DNA of 63,874 nucleotides, filler included, from Octopus bimaculoides (taxonomy: Eukaryota), in NCBI RefSeq assembly GCF_001194135.2. It is 5 parts of 5 records of this genome, joined end to end, with 100 filler letters (N's around TTAATTAATTAA, not from the genome) between each part and the next. Parts side by side here need not be neighbours in the genome. Positions count along the whole stretch, not along the records: positions 19,548 to 38,760 come from NC_068999.1; positions 38,861 to 52,046 come from NC_068994.1; 3 more parts are not named here. One strand, given 5' to 3'. The notes below the pieces were generated by a model. The model was not told the origin of the DNA, made no database searches, and saw only the letters and a list, made by a program, of their open reading frames with translations. A program made the translations under genes and the position numbers. Each line of letters opens with the position of its first letter. Within the stretch, counting starts at the first letter, position 1. Positions 27,861-41,624 of the stretch are shown one piece after another.

Positions 27861-28470
27861 TGTGTGTGTGTGTGTGTGTGTGTGTTATGTTTGTGTCTCT
27901 CAGACCAGATCAAATAGCTTGAAATCCAATATCAAATGAAGAGAGAGAGAGAGACAGATACACACAAACACACACAAACACACACACAGTTGATTACATG
28001 GACACGCAGACGTGGTGTCTCTCTCTTCATCATTTTCCAATCTATACTTCTCCCCTCTCTCTCTCTTTCTCTCTCTTTACTCTTCCCTCTGTTTGTTTCA
28101 ACCATCTCCTGGTCTCCCACATTTATCTCAAACTTCTTCCTCTCTCTCTCTCTCTCTCTCTCTCTGCTCCTCCTCCTTTCCCCATTTTCTCTCCTTACTC
28201 TCCATTCTTTCCTCCACTTCTCCTCTCATTCTCTCTTCACTGCTTCACACTTTCTCAAACTTCCCTTCTCATCCTCTGACTCTTACTCACCTCCCTCCCT
28301 CTCTCTTCTCTCTTTCTCTTCTCTCCCCTTATCCCTCTCTCCCTTCCTAACACTACCTCTCCCCTCACTTCCACCCCACTCATTCATTTCTCAATTTGTT
28401 CAAAGACTTCAATTGCATTCTTCAATCAGTTTTGTTTATAATTTGCTTATATCATTGATCTTGTTGTTGC

Positions 28471-28539
<69 letters not shown>

Positions 28540-28769
28540 CATCATCATCATCATCATTACTACTATTGCTGTCCCCTTTTGTTGGTAATCATCAGAATTG
28601 TTTTTTAGTTCAATCATTTGGACAACAAATGAAAATTTGAAAAGACGAAAATAGAGGTACAAAAAAAAAAAAAGACCTTTTCCCCCAGTGAAGTTGGGTA
28701 GACATGAAAAAAATAAATTAATATTAAAAAAATGTAGAAACATATATTTAAAAAAAAAATGAAGCAAAT

Positions 28770-29330
28770 TATTTTATATGGAATGTTTTCGTGAAAGACT
28801 GAAAATAAATGTTTTCGAGGGTAAATAAAACACGAAAGAAACAAAACGTTTTGTGGCTCGTCTAAAATATATCGAATACTTTCTGGATAGAGAGCAGAAT
28901 TAGAACTAATTAAATTGCCTTCATTTACTATGAGTAAATGTTGAAAAATAAAGTAATTGAGATAATCAAAAAGTTTCACCAATATTTCAAACTATCGACC
29001 TTTTTCTAATCTTCATTTCTTCTGGTTTTTCTGGCGTCTTTTTACTTTAAATCTTTATTTTATATTTTGGTTTTGGAACCAAGTGCTTATCTGCAAACAT
29101 AAAACGGATTTTCTATTCATATCAGTTACATTTCTATCTGGAATATCAAATTGGTTCAATGCTCCCTTCGGACGTTTTTCTTGGGTAGAATTAATTCACA
29201 CCTATATATCTTCCACCCTCTCTAGTTACTGGATGGAAGTAATCTAATCTAATATTTTTCCTCTCCGAATTCCCTCCAAACCATTTCCTCTCCAATGTTC
29301 TCCCTATATGATTTAGTTACCTGCAATAAT
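28770..29330 (-). mobile_element. Possible Penelope-like RT remnant
   Basis: Fragments resembling DFYPSI...AL and RKS.L....W; very decayed. Confidence 0.25.
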
Positions 29331-29484
29331 CTTAACCAAACACCTCGAAAATCTAGGGATCTGACAGTTTTCTAATTAAGTTTCTTTAACTGTTTATATT
29401 CAACAGACTCGAAAACTTTTAGGAGCCATAATATGCAAATAACACTTTCTACAATTGGACTGGTTTAATAGGAACGATGGAGCA

Positions 29485-29580
29485 AAATGTCCGACAGTTT
29501 TTGTTTCAGCTCTCTACGTACTAAGTTCAAATCCAGTTAATGTTGATTTTGCCATTCTCTCCTCTGTGGTCACAGAAGGA
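29485..29580 (-). mobile_element. SINE family B head, diverged
   Basis: acgtactaagttcaaatcc...ttgattttgcc. Confidence 0.4.
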
Positions 29581-29659
29581 GCAATATAAGAAAGTAATGT
29601 TAGATTGTGGTTCATCGTATAATGATTGACCACGATACTGTATTCACACATTGATGGAT

Positions 29660-29697
<38 letters not shown>

Positions 29698-29727
29698 TAC
29701 ATGCATACATACATATATATATATATA

Positions 29728-29756
<29 letters not shown>

Positions 29757-29759
<3 letters not shown>

Positions 29760-29904
29760 GGTGCAGGAGTGGCTGTGTGGTAAGTAGCTTACTTCCCAAT
29801 GGGTTCAGTCCCACTGCGTGGCACCTTGGGTCAGTGTCTTCAGCTATAGCCTCGGGCCAACCAAAAGCCTTGGTAGACAGAAAGTGAAAGAAGCCAGTAG
29901 CGTA

Positions 29905-29938
<34 letters not shown>

Positions 29939-30152
29939 TATGTGTTTGTGTGTGTGCGTGTGTGTGCTTGTGCTTTTGTGATTGTCACCCCACCATCGCT
30001 TGACAACCGATGTTGTTGTGTTTACGTCCCCATATCTTAGCAGTTCGGCAAAAGTGACCGATAGAATAAATACTAGGCTTACAAAAAGAAAGTCTTGGGG
30101 TCGATTTGTCCGACTAAAGGCGGTGCGCCAGCATGACCACAGTCAAATGACT
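29757..30152 (+). mobile_element. SINE family A, full copy
   Basis: Same head, internal (TG)n and same 3' part as the 10236 copy. Confidence 0.85.
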
Positions 30153-30432
30153 GATATATATACATATATATATATATATATACATATATATANNNNNNNN
30201 NNNNNNNNNNNNNNNNNNNNNNNNNNNNNNNNNNNNNNNNNNNNNNNNNNNNNNNNNNNNNNNNNNNNNNNNNNNNNNNNNNNNNNNNNNNNNNNNNNNN
30301 NNNNNNNNNNNNNNNNNNNNNNNNNNNNNNNNNNNNNNNNNNNNNNNNNNNNNNNNNNNNNNNNNNNNNNNNNNNNNNNNNNNNNNNNNNNNNNNNNNNN
30401 NNNNNNNNNNNNNNNNNNNNNNNNTATGTATA

Positions 30433-30595
30433 TACGACGAGCTTCTTTCAGTTTCCGTCAACCAAATCCACTCACAAAGCTTTGGTTGGACCGTGGGTAT
30501 AGTAGAAGATACTTGTCCAAGGTGTCACACAGTGAGACTGAATCTAGATCAATGTGGTTGGGAAGTAAGCTTCTTACCACACAGCCACACCAGCA
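30433..30595 (-). mobile_element. SINE family A 5' half
   Basis: Reverse complement of the family A head/body. Confidence 0.75.
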
Positions 30596-31247
30596 CCTAT
30601 TATGTTGAGATTGCTAAGATTTTGTCTGAAGAATTTTTGCGCTAAAATACCCTGGATTGAAATGTGAATCAATAATTGAAGTTTACCCAGGATCTACACT
30701 AGTTATAACTGCTCTACGGCCTACATGATGTCTTGTCTCTCAAGTAAACATGTGGAATGTTCTAAGAAGGTATCAACTAATCAGGAATCTAGACTGAGTG
30801 GTACTCGTCTCTTTGTTGATCTATTAATTCAGGACATGACGAGTGGAGTTGAGAAATGCGGTAGTCATGTTATTAGTGAGATCATGTAATTAACAAAAAT
30901 ACTGTATTGTGATGAAGTGATTTAGCGATTGACGCTGGAAATGCCAGGTAAATCGTATAAATAGTTAATAAGGATTAATTAAAGCGGCATATAATAAACA
31001 TCAATTAAGAAAGGGTCAACACCTACAGTGTGCAGGTTAACTAAGTGGACATACACAACACTGTAGGTGTCAGCTAAATGGAGATTCTACTAAACACAGA
31101 CTAATTAACTTCGGACAGATTGAATAAAATTCCATCATCTTCAGATCTCTCTGCCAGGAATGACAGACAGATCTCATCATGATGCTAACCAAACTGACAT
31201 ATTACCTAAATGGGAGGCGTTCTCTCTTCAGTGAAAAAAGGTCAATC

Positions 31248-31279
<32 letters not shown>

Positions 31280-32214
31280 CCCATTAGCTACCTTATTAAT
31301 TAGGACACTAAATTAAGAATCAGGGTTGATGAATTATTTCACATACACATTTATTCTTACGTGTTCAATCATATACACTTAAGCACACAGGCACACACAT
31401 ACACACTCACACATACATACATACACACACGTATGCATGCATTCATTCATACATACATACATATATATTATATGTACATATATATATATATATATATANN
31501 NNNNNNNNNNNNNNNNNNNNNNNNNNNNNNNNNNNNNNNNNNNNNNNNNNNNNNNNNNNNNNNNNNNNNNNNNNNNNNNNNNNNNNNATATACATATATA
31601 CTGTATATATACATTATATATTTATATGTTTTATATATATATATATGTTAAAGAAAGAAAGAAGGAAAGAGAGAACGAAAGAAACAAACAAGGAATGCAG
31701 GATTACCTGATGACTTCACACAATATAACTATACACACATATACACACTTATTCATGCACACTCTCAGGTCGTCAAGTTCTATCTGGCCTATAGAGCTGG
31801 TTGAGGGCTCTTTCTGGCATTTACGAAATAGAACTGGTAGCAAGTCTTTTCTAGCGTATTCTATGCTAAACAGAGTTGAGATGAGTAAATAGTTTAGTAA
31901 CGAAAATATGTGAATTGAGATTGTTGTATGGAATAATGTGTTGACCTTTTGACCACAGATGAATTATTTAGCTTCATTAGTGCACTCTGACCTCTATTGT
32001 TTGGCTTGACCTTAGTATTATTATCTAATCTGTAGTGTGGCCATTGACACTTTTAGTGGCAGTTGACCTCAACTGAATCACATGACTGTGTATCAGACGA
32101 CACCAGAACAAAGTTATGTCATACAATACATACACACTCAGACTTGTTCAGTGTGAGTTACTTGACACAACGATATACAACAGTTGACATCTTTCTTTTC
32201 TCTGCCATTTTTTC

Positions 32215-32217
<3 letters not shown>

Positions 32218-32299
<82 letters not shown>
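32218..32299. repeat. (CT)n microsatellite
   Basis: Direct reading. Confidence 0.95.
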
Positions 32300-32301
<2 letters not shown>

Positions 32302-32489
32302 TTCTCTTTCATATAACTGTGCTTCTGGAGACGTGCGTGAGCCAATAACCAATGAACTCACAGGAAATTTCCTTCAGCTCCAGAAAACCACAAGACGCAA
32401 AGTTTCAAAAAGCAAAACTGCTAAGCCACCTTCATATATTCTAGATTTTTCCAAAATTTACTGGTCAAAAGGAAAACTAAATTACGTTT

Positions 32490-32905
32490 AAAGTCATCAT
32501 TCCACAACATTCAGTATCATCATTCTACTACATTCTGTGTCATCACTGTTCACTGTTTCGTGTCATCAGTTCACGAAATTGAATGTCATCTCTCCGCTCT
32601 ATCCAATATGTCACTCCACTACATACAATGTTATCACTCCACTAAATTCAACGTCATCACTCCGCTATGTTTGTTGTCACAACTCCACGACATTTAATCT
32701 CATCACTCCACACCATTCAATGTCATCATTCCATTCCGTTCAGTGTCATCACTGCGCAACATTTACTTCATCACTATCCTACATTCAACATCAAAACAAT
32801 ACTACATGATGTGTCATCACTCCGTTACATTCGGTGTCACTTCCACTCCATTTAGCGTCATCACTCCAGTACGTTTATTGTCATCACACCGCTTCATTCG
32901 ACAGT
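32490..32905. repeat. Degenerate about-20-bp minisatellite (gtcatcactcc...ttcaat)
   Basis: Recurrent tcatcactcc units. Confidence 0.6.
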
Positions 32906-33004
32906 CCCTCAAAACATCAACGAAACAGGGACCTCAGACGAACTACATTGCAATATGGGACTTCAGACGAACAAGCCCATATAACAGTGTTCCTTTAATA
33001 TAGT

Positions 33005-33230
33005 TCTCGGGAGAGAGTGTGACAAGGCTGGTCCTTTGAAATACAGGTGAAGAAAGAGTGAAAGCTGGGGTGAAAGAGTACAGCAGGGTTCGCCACCACT
33101 CCCTGCCGGAGCCTCGTGGAGCTTTATGTGTTTTCGCGCAAGAAACATTTACAACGCCCTGTTAGGGAATCGAAACCGCGATCCTACGACCGCGAGTCCG
33201 CTGCCCTAACCACTGGACCATTGCACATCC
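33005..33230 (-). mobile_element. tRNA-derived SINE family C
   Basis: Head with A-box TGGTCCAGTGG and B-box GGTTTCGATTCC, followed by non-tRNA body. Confidence 0.7.
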
Positions 33231-34297
33231 ATACGTACACACACACACACACACACACGCACCAATGCACATGTTTGCTTGTGTATATAAGAGTATTAAT
33301 GCTATATCTCTGACTATACATTATGGTTATTAAACACGAATGCCCTAGCTCTCCTCCGCTCTCAACAAAAATATACATACTCACAGATACATACACACGG
33401 TGGTTTACGTGTGTACACACATACACACATACGCACGAACATACACATGTACACACGCACACACACACACACATACGAAACGTAAAAATATAATATAAAT
33501 AAGTATAAAGATATATACATATACACCGTACATGTGTATATATTTATGAATGTATTAAGTATGAACCTATGTATATATGTGTAACTGTATGTACTGTATA
33601 TATATAACCACATATATATACAATGCATATAGATATGTTTACTTATATAAATGCACACATATATATCTACAAGTAGACATATATATACATATAAATATAT
33701 ATATATATATGTGTTTATTTTAATATTATAGATTATATGTGTGTGTTTAATATTATATATATTACATATATATATACACGTATATATATACACACACACA
33801 CATACATACATACATACATATATACAAGCTTTGTCTCACTCTCTCAAATGCCCTAATTTAATAATCATTTTTTTTTAATCAATTACCCAAATTTCTACCA
33901 AGGTCTGTGTTTACCTTCCTTTAGGGAAGAATAAAAAAATTAACGAAACAGAAATATGTGAAAATTTCTACTATTTTTCTTTTCTTTTCTTTTCTTTCTT
34001 TTTTTTTTTCGTCTCAAAGAATTCCTCGAAAAAATCGAACTTTTTTTTTTCCTTTCGTAAAGAATCCCTCCGATGCCCGCCGCCACCTCCCTCTAACTTC
34101 GACCAGTTAATGTTGTCTGTCAATAAGAAAGGCCTCGAATACAAGTGTTGCAGGCTGAATGTCTGCAGATCTAATCTGTTCGCTGCCGTCCACAAACAGT
34201 TTAATGGAATAACGAACCGTTAGAATATCATTGTTTGAAATATGGCCAATTAAAACAGTTTCACGCTAAATTCATATTTGTTTGCACACAAACAACT

Positions 34298-34333
<36 letters not shown>

Positions 34334-35580
34334 TCTTCTTCTTTTTCTTCTTCTTCTTCTTCTTCTTCTACTTCTTCACTCTTTCTTTCTCTCCTTTCTT
34401 TCTCAATCTCTCCCTCTCCTCCTCCTCTCTCTTATTTATCTCCTCCACCCTAACCTCTCACTCTTTTACTCTGCTAAGACATGACAAGTATATCTGACTT
34501 GTGGACACATTTTATTCCTATTTTAACATTGGAAATAATTCCGAACAACATTCCCGGCTCTCTCTTTTTTAAATCTTCCACCAATCCCTTTCTTTTTCTT
34601 TTCTTTCTTTCTTTCTTACTTTCTTTCTTTCTTTCTTTATTTCTTTCTTTCTTTCTTTCTTTCTTCCTTTCTTTCTCTCTTTCTTTCTTTTCCCCCCCTA
34701 TCCCATACACGGTTGGAAATGTGACGGTAAAAGATGCTTCTATCCCCGCTTCACTGTGAAATAGTAATGCGAAGAGACATGGGAGCTTGGAGGGGTGAAA
34801 AGAGGTTGAGAGAGAGAGAAAGAGAGAAAGAGAGAGAGTGGGAGTAATAAAGAATGATAGATAGGGAAGGGGAAAGAGAGAGAGAAAGAGGGAGAGAAAG
34901 AAGATAGAAATAATTTTTTCGCGTTTATTTCTAACAGTTATGTAATCATCGGNNNNNNNNNNNNNNNNNNNNNNNNNNNNNNNNNNNNNNNNNNNNNNNN
35001 NNNNNNNNNNNNNNNNNNNNNNNNNNNNNNNNNNNNNNNNNNNNNNNNNNNNNNNNNNNNNNNNNNNNNNNNNNNNNNNNNNNNNNNNNNNNNNNNNNNN
35101 NNNNNNNNNNNNNNNNNNNNNNNNNNNNNNNNNNNNNNNNNNNNNNNNNNNNNNNNNNNNNNNNNNNNNNNNNNNNNNNNNNNNNNNNNNNNNNNNNNNN
35201 NNNNNNNNNNNNNNNNNNNNNNNNNNNNNNNNNNNNNNNNNNNNNNNNNNNNNNNNNNNNNNNNNNNNNNNNNNNNNNNNNNNNNNNNNNNNNNNNNNNN
35301 NNNNNNNNNNNNNNNNNNNNNNNNNNNNNNNNNNNNNNNNNNNNNNNNNNNNNNNNNNNNNNNNNNNNNNNNNNNNNNNNNNNNNNNNNNNNNNNNNNNN
35401 NNNNNNNNNNNNNNNNNNNNNNNNNNNNNNNNNNNNNNNNNNNNNNNNNNNNNNNNNNNNNNNNNNNNNNNNNNNNNNNNNNNNNNNNNNNNNNNNNNNN
35501 NNNNNNNNNNNNNNNNNNNNNNNNNNNNNNNNNNNNNNNNNNNNNNNNNNNNNNNNNNNNNNNNNNNNNNNNNNNNNNNN

Positions 35581-35710
35581 AAAGAGACCGATAGAATAAG
35601 TACCAGGTTTACAAAGAATAAGTCCAGGGGGCGATTTCTTCGACTAAAAGGCGATGCTCCAGCATGGCCGCAGTCAAACTGACTGAAACAAATAAAAGAA
35701 TAAAAGAATA
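35581..35710 (+). mobile_element. SINE family A 3' part
   Basis: aaagagaccgatagaataagtaccagg...ccagcatggccgcagtcaaa. Confidence 0.75.
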
Positions 35711-35727
35711 TATATATATATATAAGA

Positions 35728-35940
35728 GGAGGTGCGTGGCTTAGTGGTTAGGGTGCCGGACACATGATCGTAAGATTGTGGTTTCGCTTCCTGGTCCTGG
35801 CGATGCGTTGTGTTCTTGAGCAAGACACTTGATTTCACGTTGCTCCAGTCCACTCAGCTGGCAAAAATGAGGAACCCTGCGATAGACCGGCGTCCCATCC
35901 ACGTTGGAAATACATACGCCGCGGAAACACGCGTAACCGG
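35728..35940 (+). mobile_element. tRNA-derived SINE related to family C
   Basis: ggaggtgcgtggcttagtggttaggg...ggtttcgcttcc...ttgagcaagacactt...gctccagtccactcagctg. Confidence 0.7.
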
Positions 35941-36189
35941 TCTTATGAGTCTATATGACTCAGGAAAAACCTTTCTCCAATTTCTCATCCGTTTCTCTGA
36001 ACAGAACGGAAGCTAATTGCACTCAATACAAAAAAGAAAGTACGGTTTAAATTTATTATGAAACAGTCACTGAATAAACTCCACAGTTAATCAAGCTTTA
36101 AACCGGTTACAAACGTGAAGTATGTGGCCTTAATTCTCATGCTTTTGTGAAATATGCCCTTATCTACTTTCGTTAAATCAGTTCTTTTT

Positions 36190-36322
36190 AGTTAGTCACA
36201 AGGCTTTGGTAGACCCGAGGCTATAGTAGAAAACATTTGCCCAAGGTGCCACACAGTGGGACTGAAACCGGAACCATGTGGTTGGTAAGCAAGCTACTTA
36301 CCACACAGCCACACCTATGCCT
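36190..36322 (-). mobile_element. SINE family A 5' half, next to (GATA)n
   Basis: Reverse complement of the head; (GATA)n at 36324-36376. Confidence 0.8.
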
Positions 36323-36324
36323 AT

Positions 36325-36377
<53 letters not shown>

Positions 36378-36540
36378 CACGGTTTCAAATATTTCGTCTC
36401 CACTCGATATCTAAAACTGCCTAGTTTTACTGGCATAAAATTATTTTATTTATTCAAATAGAATCTATTTTTCCTCAACTATCTTAGTTTCATAAAAATG
36501 TTCTCTCTCACTGACTCACATTTCCTCTTTATTAATTCGC

Positions 36541-36586
<46 letters not shown>

Positions 36587-38346
36587 CATTATTATTATCG
36601 TTTGTATTAACATTTTTTTTTTCCTGTTTATGTATTCATATTTTTTTATCCATTAAATTAATGATTTAGAATTAGATCTACATTCTATAAATTGATTTAA
36701 TTTTTAAAAAATTTCATTTTGATTAATTATGAGAATAAATAACCCTGATATCTGTCCCCAAAGAGATTATTTGTTAAATGTCATATTTATTTACTGTGCT
36801 ATTCCTGTAGATAAAGGGGCTGACAGCAGTTTTTTCTCCTCTTAATTTATAGACATAATGGAAATTGATGATGTAAAGTATAATTTCATTTCATACAAGA
36901 TATAATTGAAACAGTTAAAAGGCGACTTCCTTATCTCCTTATCTCGTCACAACTGAAGAGAAAGGAGAGGAAAAAAAAAAGGGGGGAGAAGATGATGTGG
37001 TTTACTGGCAGCCCCGCCTTTCAACGATTCTTTACATTCTGCACACAATTAGTTATACATACCTGCAATTTCTATATCCCACACAAGAGCACTTCTATAT
37101 AGGCTATTATTGGAGCCTGCATATAACCAAATACAATTTTTTTTTTATTCTACGCTCCAGACTGTCGAATAATACTCATCTGTACGTATGTATGCATGTA
37201 TGTGCATGTATGCATGTATGTATGTATGCATATATGTATGCATATATGTATGTATGTATCTATATATATATGCATTATGTGTGTGTGTATGTATATATAT
37301 ACACATTTTTATATGTATGTATATATATACATATATATACTTATTTTTATATATAAATATATATATACATCTGTATGTATACATTTGTATGTATATATAC
37401 ATACATATATGTTTGTGTATATACATAGTTATAAACGCATGCATGCATATATTAATACATATTTGTCTCTATATATCTTAATGTTGCTTTAATATATTAT
37501 ATATATATATATNNNNNNNNNNNNNNNNNNNNNNNNNNNNNNNNNNNNNNNNNNNNNNNNNNNNNNNNNNNNNNNNNNNNNNNNNNNNNNNNNNNNNNNN
37601 NNNNNNNNNNNNNNNNNNNNNNNNNNNNNNNNNNNNNNNNNNNNNNNNNNNNNNNNNNNNNNNNNNNNNNNNNNNNNNNNNNNNNNNNNNNNNNNNNNNN
37701 NNNNNNNNNNNNNNNNNNNNNNNNNNNNNNNNNNNNNNNNNNNNNNNNNNNNNNNNNNNNNNNNNNNNNNNNNNNNNNNNNNNNNNNNNNNNNNNNNNNN
37801 NNNNNNNNNNNNNNNNNNNNNNNNNNNNNNNNNNNNNNNNNNNNNNNNNNNNNNNNNNNNNNNNNNNNNNNNNNNNNNNNNNNNNNNNNNNNNNNNNNNN
37901 NNNNNNNNNNNNNNNNNNNNNNNNNNNNNNNNNNNNNNNNNNNNNNNNNNNNNNNNNNNNNNNNNNNNNNNNNNNNNNNNNNNNNNNNNNTATGTATGCA
38001 TATATGTATGTATGTATCTATATATATATGCATTATGTGTGTGTGTATGTATATATATACATATATATACTGCCTTTCAAGTTGTCTCGTATAAAAAATA
38101 AAAAAGGATTATTTTCAAATCCGATTTGTTAATTTCATTCGTTTTTATATCTTTGTCATACATGACGGGATTTGAATTCTTGGCGGGTGAACACCATTGA
38201 TGTGAGATGAGTGTCCATGAGTGTGCCCGAGTGCTCGCATGCGCGTTTGTGTGTATGCGTGTGTGTGTGTGTGTATTCTACAAAGGATTTATTTTGCAAT
38301 ATTCATTGTATGTCTGTGTGTACACACAGACCACATCAACGATATG

Positions 38347-38377
<31 letters not shown>

Positions 38378-38393
38378 GTTATCTATCTATTTA

Positions 38394-38720
38394 TATAGGT
38401 GCAGGCGTGGCTGTGTGGTAAAAAGTTTGCTTTTTCAGTCCCACTGTGTAGCTCCTTGGGTAAGTGTCTTCTACTATAGCCTCGGGCCGATCAAAGCTTT
38501 GTGAGTTGTTCTTTGTGTGTGTGTGTGTGTGTGTGTGTGCTTAACAACCGGTATTGGTGTGTTTACGTCCCCGTAAATTAGCAGTTCAGCAAAAGGAATC
38601 CTATAGAATAAGTACTAGGCTTTAAAACATGTCCTGAGGTCGATTTCTGCGACTAAAAACTTCCAAGGCATTGCCCCAGCGTGGCCGCTATCAAATGGCT
38701 GAAACATGTAAAAAGATATA
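38394..38720 (+). mobile_element. SINE family A, full copy
   Basis: Same head, internal (TG)n and 3' part. Confidence 0.85.
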
Positions 38721-38725
38721 AAAAA

Positions 38726-38760
<35 letters not shown>

Positions 38761-38860
38761 NNNNNNNNNNNNNNNNNNNNNNNNNNNNNNNNNNNNNNNN
38801 NNNNTTAATTAATTAANNNNNNNNNNNNNNNNNNNNNNNNNNNNNNNNNNNNNNNNNNNN
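38761..38860. other. Artificial scaffold linker
   Basis: 44N + TTAATTAATTAA + 44N. Confidence 0.95.
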
Positions 38861-40274
38861 CATAGGTAAGGAACTTGAATGTGTCTTTCGTAAAGTGTGG
38901 TTCTACATCATTCACATCTAACACTTGGATTGACAGATCTTTATCAGTTTTCAGAGCAGGTAATCCTTTATCTTCACACGACACAGTAAAGTGATAATGT
39001 TCCTGTGTCTCTCTGTCTACTGCTTTCTTTAGAACTATTTTATATTCCTTTGATCCCATTGACTGTAGTTTGAATGTGTCGTCTTTGATATGACAGTTCA
39101 CCTGTCCATTGTGTCCAACATCATTGTCAGTGACCATCACATAAGCAATGAAACTACCAACTTTGATATCTTCCAGAATGGTGGCGGTGTTGTGATTCTG
39201 TGTAGAAATAAAGTTCACATCAATATTTGGGGGTTTGTTGTGTTCATTGATGACATTTACATGGACAGCAGCTATTGAACTCAGTGGTGGATTACCTCCA
39301 TCCCTGGCTTCTATATAAAGTGTATACATAATCTTCTCTTCATCAATATCAATTTCATCAATTAGAGAGATATCTCCAGTTGTTTTATTCAAGCCAAAGT
39401 ATGTTTTGTCAATATCAGAAGTCATTGGACTAAAATAATAAGAAATCATCCCATTTTTGCCACTATCCTTATCATTTGCAGAAGGAGTTAATATTGGTTT
39501 GAATATTTGATAAGTATTCTGAATAGAAATATTGTAGATGTCATTAGAGAAAAGAGGTAAATTATCATTCTCATCTTCTACAATTATTGTTATCTCTAAG
39601 ACACATTGTTTGGGTGGAGATCCCCCATCTGTAGCTGATACCTGAATATGATAGATATCTTTTTGCTCTCTATCTAATTTTTCATTCAAAACAATTTCTA
39701 ATCTGGATATTCCATCCACTCTTTTAGAAACAGACAGCACAAACTTCACAGAATTATTTCTCAATTTATAATTAATCAGTCTGTTTTGATATCCAACATC
39801 TTTATCAACAGCATTAGGTATGGCCTTCTTCATACCTTTACCATCTCCTTCCCTAAAATGTAGTGTGATTTCTTCCTCAGGAAACTCAGGCTGGTGGTCA
39901 TTGGTGTCTTCTATTACAACTTTAATCTTTAATATCTTCGTAAATGTTTTATGTTTGTGTATAGCAATTTTCACAGTTTTGTAACATTCAGTATTATATC
40001 GACACAAAACTTCAGCATCCAAAGTTTGAGCTGTGTACAATTTTCCTTCTTTTGTTACATTAAATAGTTGAGTTCCTTTCTGTTTAAGTTGATTAAATGT
40101 GAAGAGACTGGCATCATCAGTTAAAAGAGTTTTGGTGACAAGAGTTTCAGTAGCAATGTCGCCTATGAAATAGTAAGGAACATTTTCCTCTTTTACATGA
40201 AAGGTAATGTCTTTGCACAGACTACAATGCATACAAGAGAGAAGTATGCAAATTGCTACAAACATATTTGCCAT
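38861..40274 (-). CDS. Pcdh: Protocadherin ectodomain exon (signal peptide, EC1-EC4, start of EC5), truncated at assembly linker
   Basis: Uninterrupted 471-codon ORF. Hydrophobic Cys-rich signal peptide MANMFVAICILLSCMHCSLC. Cadherin motifs EDTNDHQPEF, LDRE, ATDGG, EDENDNLPLF, ARDGG, VDRE, CEDKG, LDVNDVEPHF. EC1 Cys pair LDAEVLCRYNTEC as in protocadherins. Intronless ectodomain. Symbol is family-level only. Confidence 0.96.
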
Positions 40275-40322
40275 TTGGATGAAGAAGGACTTCTATAGCA
40301 AAAAAAAAAAGGTAAACCACAC

Positions 40323-40348
40323 CTGAAATGAAAATATAAAATCTAATT
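40323..40348 (-). promoter_or_regulatory. Splice acceptor of a 5' UTR intron, 48 nt upstream of the Pcdh ATG
   Basis: Minus strand reads ttagattttatattttcatttcag|gtgtgg; exon starts at 40322. Confidence 0.6.
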
Positions 40349-40719
40349 AAAAATATATTTTCACAATTTTATTACAATTCCTCATGAAAAAGTTAAGAAA
40401 CATTAAACTTCCACTTCAAAAGATTAACCACACAAAGCAATAGAATTTCAAAAAATATTCAATAAAAATCATGTTGTTCATTCTATTCTAAAGTAACACC
40501 TACAACCAACAGTAATCATTAATACACGGAGTGTTCAGTTCACTCTACAAGTCACAGTTCCATTCATAAAAAGTGAAATAAAATAAGATTTCCTTACACA
40601 ACATTGTTCATGTACATGACAAAAGCAAAGTATGTGATGTATATTCTTCATAATTACTTATTCTGTTATTTTACTTGCAGAGGCAACTGGCAATAAATGA
40701 TGTGATTTGAGGAAGAAGT

Positions 40720-41095
40720 AAATGCTATTTCTATCAGGTTTAGCTGCTTCTCAAATTTGTGGTTTTGGATTCAGTTCCATGGCATGGTACCTTAGATAAG
40801 TGTCTGCTACTACAACCCCAGGCTGACCAAAGCCTTCTGAGTGGCTTTAGTACATGGAAACTGAAAGAAGCCTGTCTTATATATGTGTGTGTTTTATGTG
40901 TATTCATGTCTAGATATTACACGGTGGTTCTAAACAAGGGTCAGCATTATATAAACTGAGTTACTCATTTCCACTCTTCCATGAAGCATGACTGGTCAAT
41001 GGGAAATGTTACTTTGCCAAGAAACAGGTGAGGGTTGGCAACAAATAGAGCATCCAGCTACAGAAAATCTGCCACAACAAATTCCAGCTGACCAA
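40720..41095 (+). mobile_element. Diverged SINE family A head plus an RTE-tail-like fragment, in the putative Pcdh 5' UTR intron
   Basis: ggattcagttccatggcatggtaccttagataagtgtc...ggaaactgaaagaagcc; gggttggcaac...catccagctacagaaaatctgcc. Confidence 0.6.
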
Positions 41096-41624
41096 AACTA
41101 AAAATACCATCAATCAACTAAAATGCAAAATACACATATTTAAATAACACTAATTATAGATAAGTTCTTTAAAGCTAATCACCTAAACAATGTAATTAAG
41201 AGATGGATTCCTACAAGAATGTTAACCTTCTAATAAGCCAGTGTATGTAGTTCAAAGCATAATCATATAATGTGATTTCTTAACAAATAAACAATCAGTC
41301 CTATATAACATGTTTGAAATATAGGGAATATCTACACAAAAATATCTAATAAAACAACTCACCAATTTTGTTACATAACAGTGTTATATTCTGAGGCTGA
41401 GAAAGTCTAGTTTCAAATTTCAATTTGTTTTTGTTTTTCTGATCAGTTTGAAGAAGATGAACCTGTAGGGTTAGAAAATGATGAATGGTATTTAATAAGG
41501 TTTATATAAACCAGAGCAGAGAAAAGGAATTCTGATTCAGAAATACAATAATACATGAATTATGGACCAGGTGTTATTTAGTGTCCCACATTACCAAAGG
41601 CAACAAATTGATAGAATTATTACA

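Noticed and set aside
33150-33230. tRNA gene
   Set aside because: A/B boxes are present but there is no complete cloverleaf or acceptor stem, and it continues into a SINE body. The other tRNA-like heads were treated the same way.
37233-38060. 70-bp exact duplication on both sides of the gap 37513-37990 (37233-37302 and 37991-38060)
   Set aside because: Low-complexity sequence flanking a gap; most likely an overlap or gap-sizing artefact.
41520-41575. Plus-strand sequence resembling the start of the YEEI exon (cagaaatacaat...tatggac)
   Set aside because: The short AT-rich match is not in frame and contains no YEEI; the plus-strand penultimate exon was not found and may lie in the gap 45549-45648.
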